A stretch of DNA of 32,000 bases from Pseudodesulfovibrio mercurii (GCF_000189295.2 NC_016803.1:3390001-3422000), one strand, 5' to 3'; numbered from the stretch's first letter, positions 7,151 to 15,904 are shown. Notes: a model not told the origin generated them from the letters alone. Translations and numbers: made by a program.

Positions 7151-9156
7151 GCCTTGGTCTCTCCCCGGGAATTGGCGGCCGGAAATTCCATGCGGAAGAT
7201 CGTGCCGCGCCCCCTGGTGCTGTTGATGCGGATTTCTCCGCCGTAATCCTTGATGATGCCGTAGGTGATCGCCAGGCCCAGGCCCATGCCCTGGCCCGCT
7301 TCCTTGGTGGTGAAGAAGGGCTCGAAGATCTTCTGCTGGTCCTTCTCGTCGATGCCGCAGCCCGTGTCCTCCACCTCGATGAAGACCCGGTGATCCAGGT
7401 TGCCGGTGCGGATGCGGATGCGCCGGTCGCCGTCCGCGTCCTCGTTGGACACGTCGTCGATGGCGTCGCGGGCGTTGGTCACCAGGTTGAAGATGACCTG
7501 CTGCAACCGGTTGGAGTGGGCCTGGACCGTGGCGAGGTTGTCGGCCAGATCGAGTTCGAAGCGGATGTTGTCCAGCTCGAACTGCCGCCGGATCATGGAC
7601 AGGACCGCCCGGACCGGCTGGTTCAGGTCCACGGACTCCTCCATGAGGTCGGACTTGCGGCCGAAGGAGCGCAGGGTGTCGATGATCTCGGCGGCCCGGT
7701 CCACCTGGGCGGAGATTTCGTTGACCACTTCCTTGAAGTGTTCCTTGGGGATGGCCAGGTCCTCCTCCTGCATCATGGACAGGAATTCGCTGCCCACCTT
7801 GATGGCGTTGAGGGGCTGGTTGATCTCGTGGGCCATGCCCGCCGACATCTCGCCCAGGGACTTCATCTTGGCCGCCTGGATGAGCTGGGCGTCCTTCTCG
7901 ATGAGTTCGGTGATGTCCGTGACCGCGATGATGATGGCCTGCTTGCCCCGGTAGGAGATGGGGCAGGCGTGCATGTTCACGAAGAAGGGCTCGCCGCCGT
8001 TCTTGTAGTGCAGCCGCTTGGGGAAATAGATGCAGCCCCCGCCGCCCTCGATGAAGTAGTCGAGGCAGTCCGCGTTGTGCTCCGGACCCAGGTCCAGGAA
8101 CTTCATGCCGATGATCTCTTCCTTGTAGTAGCCGTAGAGCTCCATGGTGCGCGGGTTGGCGTCGCGGATGGTCCCGCTGGCGCAGTCCACGACGAAGATC
8201 GGGTCCGGGCCGGAGTCGAACAGGGAGCGGTACTTCTCCTCGGACTCGCGCAGGCGGCGGCGGTAGAGCTTGATGGACCAGACCATGTTGCGGAAGGAGT
8301 CGCCGAGCTGGACCACCTCGTCGCCCTCGTGCTTGCGGTAGAAGGCGCAGTCCGCACACTTGCGGTGGGTCTCGGCCGGGGTCTGGCCGCTGCGCGACTG
8401 GTCGAAGTGCCAGCAGGGCAGGTCCGTGTTGGTGAAGGCCGGGCACTCGGCCGAGTTCCAGTCCTCGCCCGAGCCGAGCTTGAGCGGGATGTCGAAGTTG
8501 CCCCGGCTGATCTCGTCGGACAGGCGGGTCAGGTCCGAGACCGGCTTGGTGATGTACTTGGACAGCCAGGAGGACAGGATGATGGTGATGATGACCACGG
8601 CCGAGATGAAGCCGAGGAAGGCCACGCGCAGCTTGCCCACCAGGGTGTCGATGTGCCGCTTGTTCAACCCCACGTGGACCGTGCCGATGCGGTACAGCCC
8701 CTCGTTGATGGCCGCGGCCAGGTCGTAGACCTCCTGGTTGCCCAGCTCCATGAGCTTGATGGAGTCCGCCTTGCCCGGCGGCAGGGTGTTGGCCCGCAGG
8801 TTGTCGGGCAGGGTGTGGGTCAGGGTGTGGGCCAGGATGCGGCCAGCCTGGTCCTCGATGAAGATGTAGGCCACCAGGTCCTTGCGCTGCCTGAGCCTGG
8901 CCTCGTCGAAGATCAGGACCAGGAGCTTGGGGATGTCGTTGTCCAGGATGTAGGAGCCGCCGCGCTCGGCCACGGAGTGGGCGATGGCGAAGCCGCGCAT
9001 CTCCAGCTCGTTGGTCAGGGAGGAGACCAGGATCCAGCGCGAGACCAGGGCGATGGCCACGGAGATGAACAGGACCGCCGCCAGCATGGAGACGAGCAGC
9101 TTCTCGCGCAGGCCGATGCGCGCGAATCGGGAGGAGAGCCGTTCGCCGGTGGTCAT
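7147..9156 (-). CDS. membrane sensor histidine kinase: extracytoplasmic sensor domain, HAMP with Cys-rich insertion, PAS, HisKA, HATPase
   Basis: 669 aa. Two TM segments (about aa 20-45 and 178-198) flank a ~130 aa extracytoplasmic domain. HAMP helix 1 is [22 protein letters not shown] is [20 protein letters not shown]-box [10 protein letters not shown] and G boxes are [16 protein letters not shown] and GMGLGLAI. Confidence 0.92.
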   Translation of the reverse strand: MTTGERLSSRFARIGLREKLLVSMLAAVLFISVAIALVSRWILVSSLTNELEMRGFAIAHSVAERGGSYILDNDIPKLLVLIFDEARLRQRKDLVAYIFIEDQAGRILAHTLTHTLPDNLRANTLPPGKADSIKLMELGNQEVYDLAAAINEGLYRIGTVHVGLNKRHIDTLVGKLRVAFLGFISAVVIITIILSSWLSKYITKPVSDLTRLSDEISRGNFDIPLKLGSGEDWNSAECPAFTNTDLPCWHFDQSRSGQTPAETHRKCADCAFYRKHEGDEVVQLGDSFRNMVWSIKLYRRRLRESEEKYRSLFDSGPDPIFVVDCASGTIRDANPRTMELYGYYKEEIIGMKFLDLGPEHNADCLDYFIEGGGGCIYFPKRLHYKNGGEPFFVNMHACPISYRGKQAIIIAVTDITELIEKDAQLIQAAKMKSLGEMSAGMAHEINQPLNAIKVGSEFLSMMQEEDLAIPKEHFKEVVNEISAQVDRAAEIIDTLRSFGRKSDLMEESVDLNQPVRAVLSMIRRQFELDNIRFELDLADNLATVQAHSNRLQQVIFNLVTNARDAIDDVSNEDADGDRRIRIRTGNLDHRVFIEVEDTGCGIDEKDQQKIFEPFFTTKEAGQGMGLGLAITYGIIKDYGGEIRINSTRGRGTIFRMEFPAANSRGETKA

Positions 9157-10376
9157 TTGCCGGTCTCCAGTTCCTTCTTGAACTCGGCCCAGTCCGTGAA
9201 GGGGATGAACTTGCCGTCGTGCAGCTTGGTGAAGTGGATGGCGTCCAGCCCCTGGCGGTCGAAGGGACCGTAGGTGATGGTCAGCCCCGGCCCGAGGGTG
9301 AAGTCCTTGATGGATTCGATGGCCTTGATGAACCCCTCGCGGGTCAGGTCGCGGCCCGCCCGGCGTAATCCCTCCACCAGGATCTCGGCGTTGAGGAACC
9401 CTTCGAGGCCCACGAAGCTCGGGGTGTCGTCAGGGTAGTAGCGGTGCAGCAGCTTGACATAGTTGGAGGCCGAGTCGTTCAGGTCGTCGGACTCCACCGG
9501 CGGCGGGACCACCTGGGACATGAACACGTGGGCCGGGGAGGCCCTGCCCACCCGCCAGGCCAGCTCTTCGGCGCCGACGAAGGACACGGTGTAGAATATC
9601 GGGTTGTAGCCCTCTTCCTCGGACAGGTTGATGAACCGGGCGCAGGCCCCGTATGTGCCGATCATGACCACGGCCTCGGCTCCGGACTTGCGGATGCGGT
9701 CCAGGCCGTCCTGGACATCCAGGGTGCCGCGGATGTAGGAGCCGCGCGCCACGGGCTCCAACTCGAATTTCTTGAGGGCCAGCTCGGTGCCGATGAGGCC
9801 GTCGAAGCCGTAGGCGTCGTACTGGTAGAAGACCGCGATCTTGGTCAACCCCAGGTCCTCGACCATGTGCCGGACCGCGGCCATGGTCTCCTGGTAGTAG
9901 GAGGCGCGGATGTTGACCACGTAGCGGTTGGGCGGCTGCCGGAGCGCGTTGGCCCCGGTGAACATGCCGATGAGCGGGACGTGGGCGTCCTCCACCAGGG
10001 GCAGGGCCTTGACCGTGGTCGGGGTGCCCACATAGCAGAACAGGGCGAAGACCTTCTTGTCGATGATGAACCGCTGGGTGTTGGCCAGGCACTGGGGCGG
10101 GTCGTAGGAGTCGTCGTCGGCCTCGATGCGGATCTTGCGGCCGTGGACCCCGCCGCGCTCGTTGACGTAGCGGATGTACGCCCGGGCCCCCTGGAGGGTC
10201 TGGGTGCCGAGGTAGCCCGCGTGGCCGGACAGGGGCAGGGAGGACCCGAGGATGATTTCGGTGTCGGACACCCCCGGCGTACCGGCATCCTCGGCGGTGG
10301 CCTTTTCGGACCGGCCGCAGCCGGCGAGACCCAGGGCCAGGAAGAGGAGGATGCAGAGGAGAGGGGCGTTTCGCAA
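9153..10376 (-). CDS. periplasmic type-I solute-binding lipoprotein (Leu/Ile/Val-binding LivK-like family)
   Basis: The stop overlaps the kinase start (ATGA at 9153-9156). I prefer the TTG start at 10376, preceded by GGAG with a 7-nt spacer. It gives a lipoprotein signal (M)RNAPLLCILLFLALGLAGC. The longest ORF start is 10478. The body (ILGSSLPLSGHAGYLGTQTLQGARAYIRYVNERGGVHGRKIRIEADDDSYDP) is typical of the family. Confidence 0.85.
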   Translation of the reverse strand: MRNAPLLCILLFLALGLAGCGRSEKATAEDAGTPGVSDTEIILGSSLPLSGHAGYLGTQTLQGARAYIRYVNERGGVHGRKIRIEADDDSYDPPQCLANTQRFIIDKKVFALFCYVGTPTTVKALPLVEDAHVPLIGMFTGANALRQPPNRYVVNIRASYYQETMAAVRHMVEDLGLTKIAVFYQYDAYGFDGLIGTELALKKFELEPVARGSYIRGTLDVQDGLDRIRKSGAEAVVMIGTYGACARFINLSEEEGYNPIFYTVSFVGAEELAWRVGRASPAHVFMSQVVPPPVESDDLNDSASNYVKLLHRYYPDDTPSFVGLEGFLNAEILVEGLRRAGRDLTREGFIKAIESIKDFTLGPGLTITYGPFDRQGLDAIHFTKLHDGKFIPFTDWAEFKKELETGK

Positions 10377-10625
10377 GGTACGGCTCCATGTTGGGGTCGG
10401 CGGCAAGGCGTTGCCATAATCCGTTACCGTCTCGTCGGCCAAAACACAAGACAGGTCCATTTCCCCACAAAGCAACATCGCCGCCCGTCCCCTGCGTCCG
10501 GGAGAAAAAGACCCCGGCAGTACGCGCCTGCCGAGGTCATGGCAAACTCCGTCAGCCCCGGGGCCTTTCGGCTGCCGGACGGTGTGGCTTACGGAGGTGT
10601 TCCCGCATGAGGTGTTCAGAGGGAG

Positions 10626-10660
10626 AAACCCCGGCGCGGGGCGAGGCCCGCGCCGGGGTG
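10626..10660 (-). terminator. rho-independent terminator downstream of fdhB
   Basis: On the minus strand: CCCCGGCGCGGGCC-TCG-CCCCGCGCCGGGG followed by TTTCTCCC. A GC-rich stem of about 12 bp, 12 nt after the fdhB stop. Confidence 0.8.
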
Positions 10661-10671
10661 GAGTAGGAGCG

Positions 10672-11397
10672 TTATGAGGTCATGCGCTTGACCGGACGGC
10701 CCAGGCTGGCCAGGAACTGCTTCCTGGACATGGGGCCGCGACGGACGTCGGAGGCGTCCGCGGACAGGGACTCGTAGTAGCTGTCCGGATCGGTCTGCAC
10801 CAGGTAGATGACCCGCACCGAGTCGGCATCCACCAGTTCCGCATCGGGGTATTTCACCGAGGCGGCCGCCAGCCGTTTCTCGGCCAGTGCCAGCATCTCG
10901 TCCCGGTCGCCGAAGTTCATGGCACCGGTCGGGCAGGTCTGCACGCAGGCGGGCAGCAGCCCGACCTTGACGCGGTCGACGCACATGTCGCACTTGACCA
11001 CCTGGCCGGTTTCCTCGTTGACCCGGGGGATGTTGTAGGGACAGGCCATGGCGAAGGCTTCCTTGTCAGGTTCGTCGGCCGTCAGTTCGGTGTAGATCAC
11101 GGCGCCGGTCTCCTGGTCATGGATGATGGACCCGGGAATGGTCATGGCATCCAGGCAGGGCGGCTCCACGCAGTGGCGGCACTGTTCCGGGAAGAACAGC
11201 CACTGCATGCCGTTGTCGCCCTCCACTTCCTGGAAGCGGACGAGCTTGAGGGTCGTGCCGGACAGGTCCTTGGGGTTCTGATGGGAGCCCCAGTTTTCGG
11301 TCTTCTCGGCGGGCAGTTTCTTCCATTGCTTGCAGGCAACCTGGCAACCACGGCAGGCCGTACACTTGGTCAGGTCGATGAAGAATGTCTTGCTCAT
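10672..11397 (-). CDS. fdhB: formate dehydrogenase iron-sulfur (beta) subunit, 4x[4Fe-4S] ferredoxin type, no membrane anchor
   Basis: 241 aa. Cys clusters are CTACRGCQVAC, CRHCVEPPC, CPYNIP and CDMCVDRVKVGLLPACVQTCPTGA. AAGGAGG lies upstream of the ATG at 11397. Starts 12 nt after fdhA. Confidence 0.92.
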   Translation of the reverse strand: MSKTFFIDLTKCTACRGCQVACKQWKKLPAEKTENWGSHQNPKDLSGTTLKLVRFQEVEGDNGMQWLFFPEQCRHCVEPPCLDAMTIPGSIIHDQETGAVIYTELTADEPDKEAFAMACPYNIPRVNEETGQVVKCDMCVDRVKVGLLPACVQTCPTGAMNFGDRDEMLALAEKRLAAASVKYPDAELVDADSVRVIYLVQTDPDSYYESLSADASDVRRGPMSRKQFLASLGRPVKRMTS

Positions 11398-11409
11398 GTC
11401 ATTCCTCCT

Positions 11410-14400
11410 TTACGCCTTACGGACGTTGACCATGAAGGCCTTGGTTTCGGGGATGCCCGTGTTCGGGTCGCCTACGGACGGGGTCAGCAGGTTGGCGGAG
11501 TCGCCGCCATCCTTGGGCCAGGTCCAGCCGAAGTGCCAGGGCAGGCCCACCTGATGGACCACGGTGCCCTGGATGGTGAACGGCTTGAGCCGCTTGGTCA
11601 CGATGGCCTTGGCCCACAGGGAGCCGCGCAGGGAGTCCACGATGACCTTGGTGCCGTTCTCGATGCCGCGCAGTTCGGCCAGTTCCGGGCTCATTTCCAC
11701 GAAGATCTGCGGCTCGCATTCGGTCAGCCAGTCGCAGTTTCGGGTCATGAGGCCGGTCTGCCAGTGCTCGGTCACGCGGTAGGTGGTGCCGATCAGGGGA
11801 TACCTGGGATCGCACACGGCCTTTTCCTCGGCGTCGAACTTGAGCGCCGTGGGGTTGTGCAGGGTGCTCGAGAAGGGATGCGACTTCACCGGGCATTCCA
11901 GCGGTTCGTAGTATTCCGGGAACGGACCGTCGGCCCGGCCGGGGCCGAACAGCTGGCCGAAGCCGTGCTTGCGCATGATGAACGCGTACTTGGTTCCGGG
12001 GGCCCAGCCGCCGTCGGGCACGTCGCCCACCCACTTCTCGCCGTTCCAGGCGATGACCGCCTTCTGCGGGTTGTAGGGGTTGCCCTTGAGGTCAACCGAG
12101 GCGCGGTTGTAGAGCACGCGGCGGTTGACGGGCCAGCACCAGGAGAAGTTCGGGTACAGGCCGATGTTGGCCTGCTCCGCGGTCTGGTTGAGGTCGCGGC
12201 GGGCGGCCATGTTGCCCTTCTCCGTGTAGGAGTGGCAGTACAGCCAGTTGCCCGAACAGGTGGAGCCGTCGGCCTGCAGGAAGGCGAAGCTGGGAACCTG
12301 CTCGCCCTTCTTGTAGAGCTTGTCCTTGATCGTGGTGTCGCGGGTGAAGTGCCCGTTGATCAGCTTGGCCGTCTTGTGGGAGTCGAACACGCCGTCGGTG
12401 GCGATGGCGTCCCAGGTCAGCCGGGTGATGGGCTTGGAGTAGACGCCGCCTTCCTTCTCGTACAGGTGGCGGACTTCCTTCATCAGGTCATAGATGAGGT
12501 CGCCGTCCGGCTTCTGGCCGTTGGGGGCGTCCGGTCCCTTGTAGCGCCACTGCATCCAGCGGCCGGAGTTGGTGATGGAACCTTCCTTCTCGATGGAGAC
12601 GGCGCAGGGCAGGAAGAAGACCTCGGTCTTGATCTTGGACGGGTCCATTCCTGGTCCTTCCCAGAACCATCCGGTTTCGTTGGGGAAGATGTTAACGTTC
12701 ACCAGCCAGTCCAGCTTGGCCATGGCCTGTCTGTTCTTGTTGGCGTTGGCGCCGGAACAGGCGGGGTTCATGCCCCAGGCGAGCAATCCCTTGAACTTGC
12801 CCTTGTCCATTTTGTCGAACAGGGTCAGCCAGGAGTATTCCATGGCAGACAGGGAGTCGAGCCGCGGGAGATACTGGTAGGCGTCTTCCGGGGTGTCTTC
12901 CTGCCACATGGCCTTGATCAGCGAGGCGGAGTACTTCGGGAAGTTGCCCCACCAGTTGGCGGACTTGGGATCGTGGGAGACCGGCGTGTTGGCCTTGTTG
13001 TACGCGGCCAGGTCGGGCTGGGAACCCAGGGGGGTCGCCAGGTAGCCGGGCAGGATGTGGTACAGCAGGCAGTGGTCCGTGGACCCCTGGACGTTGGATT
13101 CGCCGCGCAGGGCGTTGACGCCGCCGCCGGCCACGCCGATGTTGCCGAGCAGCAGCTGGATCATGGCCATGGTACGGATGTTCTGCACGCCCACGGTGTG
13201 CTGGGTCCAGCCCATGGCGTACATGATGGTCCCGGCCTTGTCAGCCTTGCCGGTGGCCGCGTAGGTCTCGTACAGCTTGACCAGGTCTTCCTTCTTCATG
13301 CCCGAGATGTCGGCGACCTTGTCCAGATCATAGCGCTCGTAGTGCTTCTTGAGCAGCTGGTACACGCACTTGGGATCTTTCAGGGTCGGGTCCTTCTTCG
13401 GGTTGCCCTCGGCGTCCATGGCAAAGGCCCAGTTGGACTTGTCATAGGTCCGGGTGGACTCGTTGTAGCCGGAGAACAGGCCGTCGTTGAACGAGAACTT
13501 GTCGCCGACGATGAAGGAGGCGTTGGTGTAGTTGACCACGTAGTCGTGGAAGATCAGGTCCTTGTCCAGGATGTACTTGATCATGCCGCCGAGCACGGCG
13601 ATGTCCGCGCCGGAGCGGATGCCCGCGTAGAAGTCGGCCTTGGCCGAGGTCCTGGTGAAACGGGGATCGACGTGGATCAGGGTGGCGCCGTTTTCCTGCG
13701 CCTTGGTCACCCACTTGAAGGAAATGGGGTGGTTTTCGGCAGCGTTGCTGCCCATGATGAGAACACAATTGGAGTTCTGGATGTCAATCCAGTGGTTGGT
13801 CATCGCACCGCGTCCGAACGACTCTGCCAGAGCCGCAACAGTCGCGCTGTGTCAGATACGTGCCTGGTGCTCTATGTACACCAGGCCGAGGCTGCGGAGC
13901 ATGGTCTGGTAGGCCCAGCACTCCTCGTTGTCCAATGCGGCGGAGCCCAGGGAGGCGATGCCGTCGCAGCGGTTGACCACCTGGCCCTTGGCGTTCTTCT
14001 CGGTCCAGGTCGCGTCGCGGGTGTCCTTGATCCGGCGGGCGATGGTTTCCAGCGCCCAGGACAGGGAGACCTTCTTGAATTTGTTGGAGTAGGGAGCCCG
14101 GTACAGGACCGAGTCCGGACGGCGGTCGTTGTCGGCCAGCTGCCAGATGGAGGCGCCCTTGGCGCACAGGGCGCCTTCGTTGATCGGATGGTCGGGGTCG
14201 CCCTCGACGTTGATGGCCTTCATGTCCTTGAGGGACGTGTTGACGACCAGGCCGCAGCCCACGGCGCAGTAACAACATACGGTCGTGGTCTGCTTGCTCC
14301 ATTTCGGGTCCAGGGCCGATGCGTGGTCAGGCAGCGTCGCCGCCTTGGCCTTGCAGCCGAACCCGAGCCCGCCGAACGCCGTGGCCGTTGCCGCGACGGC

Positions 14401-14436
14401 GGAGAGCTTGAGGAAGTTTCTCCGGTTGGTGTGCAT
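11410..14436 (-). CDS. fdhA: periplasmic formate dehydrogenase catalytic (alpha) subunit, selenocysteine-containing, Tat-exported Mo/W-bis-PGD enzyme
   Basis: Track ORFs 13852..14436 and 11410..13803 are in one frame, separated only by TGA at 13852-13854. Translation reads ...LGLVYIEHQARI-U-HSATVAALAESFGRGAMTNHWIDIQNSNC, the canonical Sec active-site context. Twin-Arg signal MHTNRRNFLKLSAVAA. N-terminal FeS motif CCYCAVGC...C. 1008 codons. Confidence 0.95.
13819..13835 (-). other. candidate SECIS apical hairpin downstream of the fdhA UGA
   Basis: mRNA CGGCUCU-GGC-AGAGUCG forms a 7-bp stem (one G.U pair) starting 17 nt after the UGA. Flanking CGCG...CGCG could extend it into a stem-loop of about 45 nt. 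Position fits bacterial SECIS elements. Folding was done by eye only. Confidence 0.5.
13852..13854 (-). other. in-frame UGA selenocysteine codon of fdhA
   Basis: TCA on the plus strand is TGA on the minus strand, flanked by the conserved QARI / HSATV context of Sec formate dehydrogenases. Confidence 0.9.
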
Positions 14437-14460
14437 TCTACCTCCTGTGTTGAGTGCGGG

Positions 14461-14691
14461 TCAGCGCCCGCGGATCTCGCGGCCGAGGGCCACGAGGAGC
14501 TTGTAGCCGCCGGACAGTACGGCGGGGCCGCGGACGGTCTCGGCGACGGCGGGTTCCGCGCAGCTCCTGCGGAACACGGGGGCCATCGTCTCGGCCGCCA
14601 GACGGACCTCGGTCGCGTTCAACCCCAGCCCCGCGAAGGGCATGGGGCCGGCGGCGGCTCCAGTCGGCAAGTGTTGGTTGTTCATGCGCAT
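14461..14691 (-). CDS. small hypothetical protein (76 aa), first cistron or leader ORF upstream of fdhA
   Basis: ATG at 14691 is preceded by GGGAGAGG with a 7-nt spacer. GC3 is very high throughout the frame. It ends 24 nt before the fdhA start. I recognise no family. Confidence 0.4.
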   Translation of the reverse strand: MRMNNQHLPTGAAAGPMPFAGLGLNATEVRLAAETMAPVFRRSCAEPAVAETVRGPAVLSGGYKLLVALGREIRGR

Positions 14692-14765
14692 GCGCGTGCC
14701 TCTCCCATTGCTTTGGTTATCCCCCTTATGATGCATTCGGGGCGAGGCGGCAAAAAATCCCGTCT

Positions 14766-14781
14766 TGTGGAACTTTTCACA
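14766..14781. promoter_or_regulatory. CRP/FNR-family-like palindrome TGTGG-AACTTT-TCACA in the AT-rich region upstream of the small ORF/fdhAB
   Basis: Matches TGTGA-N6-TCACA at 9 of 10 positions. Centred about 82 nt upstream of the 14691 start. An 8-bp palindrome AACATGTT lies next to it at 14790-14797. Confidence 0.35.
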
Positions 14782-14914
14782 CAGGAAAAAACATGTTCAT
14801 TTTAACAGGATGGCGCTATTGCTGGGCCCACTTTATGTCAATTTTGGCATAAGTCGATTTCCGCCCCACGGTTTGACACCGGCAAAAATCCGCCCAAAAA
14901 GGGGTTTTCGGGCC

Positions 14915-14948
14915 TGAAAAGGACCGGTTCCTCTGGCGGAACCGGGCC
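14915..14948 (-). terminator. rho-independent terminator after the transposase-like gene
   Basis: On the minus strand: CCGGTTCC-GCCAGA-GGAACCGG followed by TCCTTTTC. Lies about 30 nt after the stop at 14975. Confidence 0.75.
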
Positions 14949-14974
14949 TCGGCATGCGCGTCGGGTGCGCCCGT

Positions 14975-15904
14975 CTAGTCGGTGTCGGGCACCAGGGCGC
15001 AGAGGTAGGCGGCCAGGATCTCGGCCAGGGGCTTTTCGCGGTTGTTGAAGCGGAACTCCAGCTCCTTCATGTACAGGGGGAAGCGCTGGCAGGAGATGCC
15101 CCGGAACTTCTTGATGCGCGACTGGGCGTATCCCCAGAATTCGTCGTGCACCGCGTCGATGTGCGGGGGCTCGTCGTAGCGGCGGATGACCTCGTAGGGC
15201 AGGGAGTCGTTGCCGCAGAACATGAGCGCGTCGTACTCCTTGTAGCGGTCCGTGTAGACCAGGTTGCCCGAGCGGATGAGCTTCAGGTGGAAGTTCATGT
15301 GGAAGTGGAACAGGGTCTCGGCCTGGAAGCCGGGCACCAGGTCGATGAAGACCAGGTCGTCGCGGCGCAGGATGCCGTAGACCGGGATGGTGTCCATGCG
15401 CATCTCGCGCGGCCCGCCGGTCAGCCGGTTGCCCTTGAGGTAGGAGTCCAGCCCCGTGGCCGGGCTGATCAGCTGCCGGGCGTCCAGGGCGTTGGCCAGG
15501 ATGGCGAAGCGGATGGCGGTCAGGGCCTTGTAGACCGTGTTGTAGGACAGCCCGAGTTCCTCCTTCATCTGGTGAACCGAGCGCTCCTCCACGAACAGGA
15601 CGATGAGCCGCAGCCATTCGGCCGGGTTCAGAGCCCCGTTGTTGATCCACCGGCCCGAGAAGGGCTGGAAGGTGTACTTGCAGGCCGCGCAGCGCAGCCG
15701 TTCTCCGGACAGGGAGTAGACCTTGCGGTGGCCGCAGCGCGGGCAGAAGGGGTCGCCCGTGGGCCAGGCCAGCTCCAGCAGGTAGTCCCTGGCCTTGTCC
15801 TCGTCGTGCAGCAGGGCCTCGAAGGCCGCGCCGTGGTCCGGCGAAACGATGGCCGGCATGATGTGCGAACTGTTCGGCATGACGTCCCGTGGTGCTTCGG
15901 GCAT
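14975..15904 (-). CDS. IS1595/ISXO2-like transposase-family protein (Zn-ribbon + DDE-type domain), apparently without IS termini
   Basis: 309 aa. Zn-ribbon CPRCGHRKVYSLSGERLRCAACKYTF. Followed by the family-typical W..LI / HTH segment, then the candidates MRMDT, VYTDRYKEYDAL and HDEFWGYAQSRIKKFRG...YMKELEFRFNNRE. GGGAGG lies 5 nt upstream of the ATG at 15904. Starts only 15 nt after the fdhE stop. Confidence 0.85.
   Translation of the reverse strand: MPEAPRDVMPNSSHIMPAIVSPDHGAAFEALLHDEDKARDYLLELAWPTGDPFCPRCGHRKVYSLSGERLRCAACKYTFQPFSGRWINNGALNPAEWLRLIVLFVEERSVHQMKEELGLSYNTVYKALTAIRFAILANALDARQLISPATGLDSYLKGNRLTGGPREMRMDTIPVYGILRRDDLVFIDLVPGFQAETLFHFHMNFHLKLIRSGNLVYTDRYKEYDALMFCGNDSLPYEVIRRYDEPPHIDAVHDEFWGYAQSRIKKFRGISCQRFPLYMKELEFRFNNREKPLAEILAAYLCALVPDTD

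Noticed and set aside
7151-8446. N-terminal 430-aa extension of track ORF 6437..8446 (-).
   Set aside because: This part overlays the histidine kinase gene in another frame and translates to a P/G/R/H-rich sequence. The REC domain begins exactly at the ATG at 7150 ([11 protein letters not shown]), which overlaps the kinase stop.
10402-10416. Sigma-54-like sequence TGGCAACGCCTTGCC (minus strand) upstream of the solute-binding protein gene.
   Set aside because: GG and GC are separated by 9 nt instead of the required 10, and the element would lie only about 25 nt from the start codon. It is also a simple palindrome (GGCAA-N4-TTGCC), so at most it is an unassigned operator.
10388-10993. ORFs 10388..10666 (+) and 10616..10993 (-) around the fdhB 3' end.
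   Set aside because: They lie in intergenic or terminator sequence, or out of frame over fdhB. They are Arg/Gly/Pro-rich and have no start signals.
13804-13851. The apparent 48-nt gap between two fdhA fragments, which could be read as a pseudogene or a split gene.
   Set aside because: The gap is in frame and encodes the conserved HSATVAALAESFGRGA segment after a TGA. This is selenocysteine recoding, not gene decay.
11119-14805. 1228-aa ORF on the plus strand spanning the whole fdhA/fdhB region.
   Set aside because: It is antisense to a strongly recognisable Sec-FDH gene. The translation is repetitive (G/V/A/L/H/D) with no family features. This is the typical stop-codon-poor reverse frame of a high-GC3 gene.
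14821-14836. Weak sigma-54-like spacing GGGCCC-N-TAGC (minus strand GGGCCCAGCAATAGCG) upstream of the fdh leader ORF.
   Set aside because: GG-N10-GC spacing is met, but the flanking consensus (TGGCAC, TTGCW) is poorly matched. This is not distinguishable from chance in GC-rich DNA.
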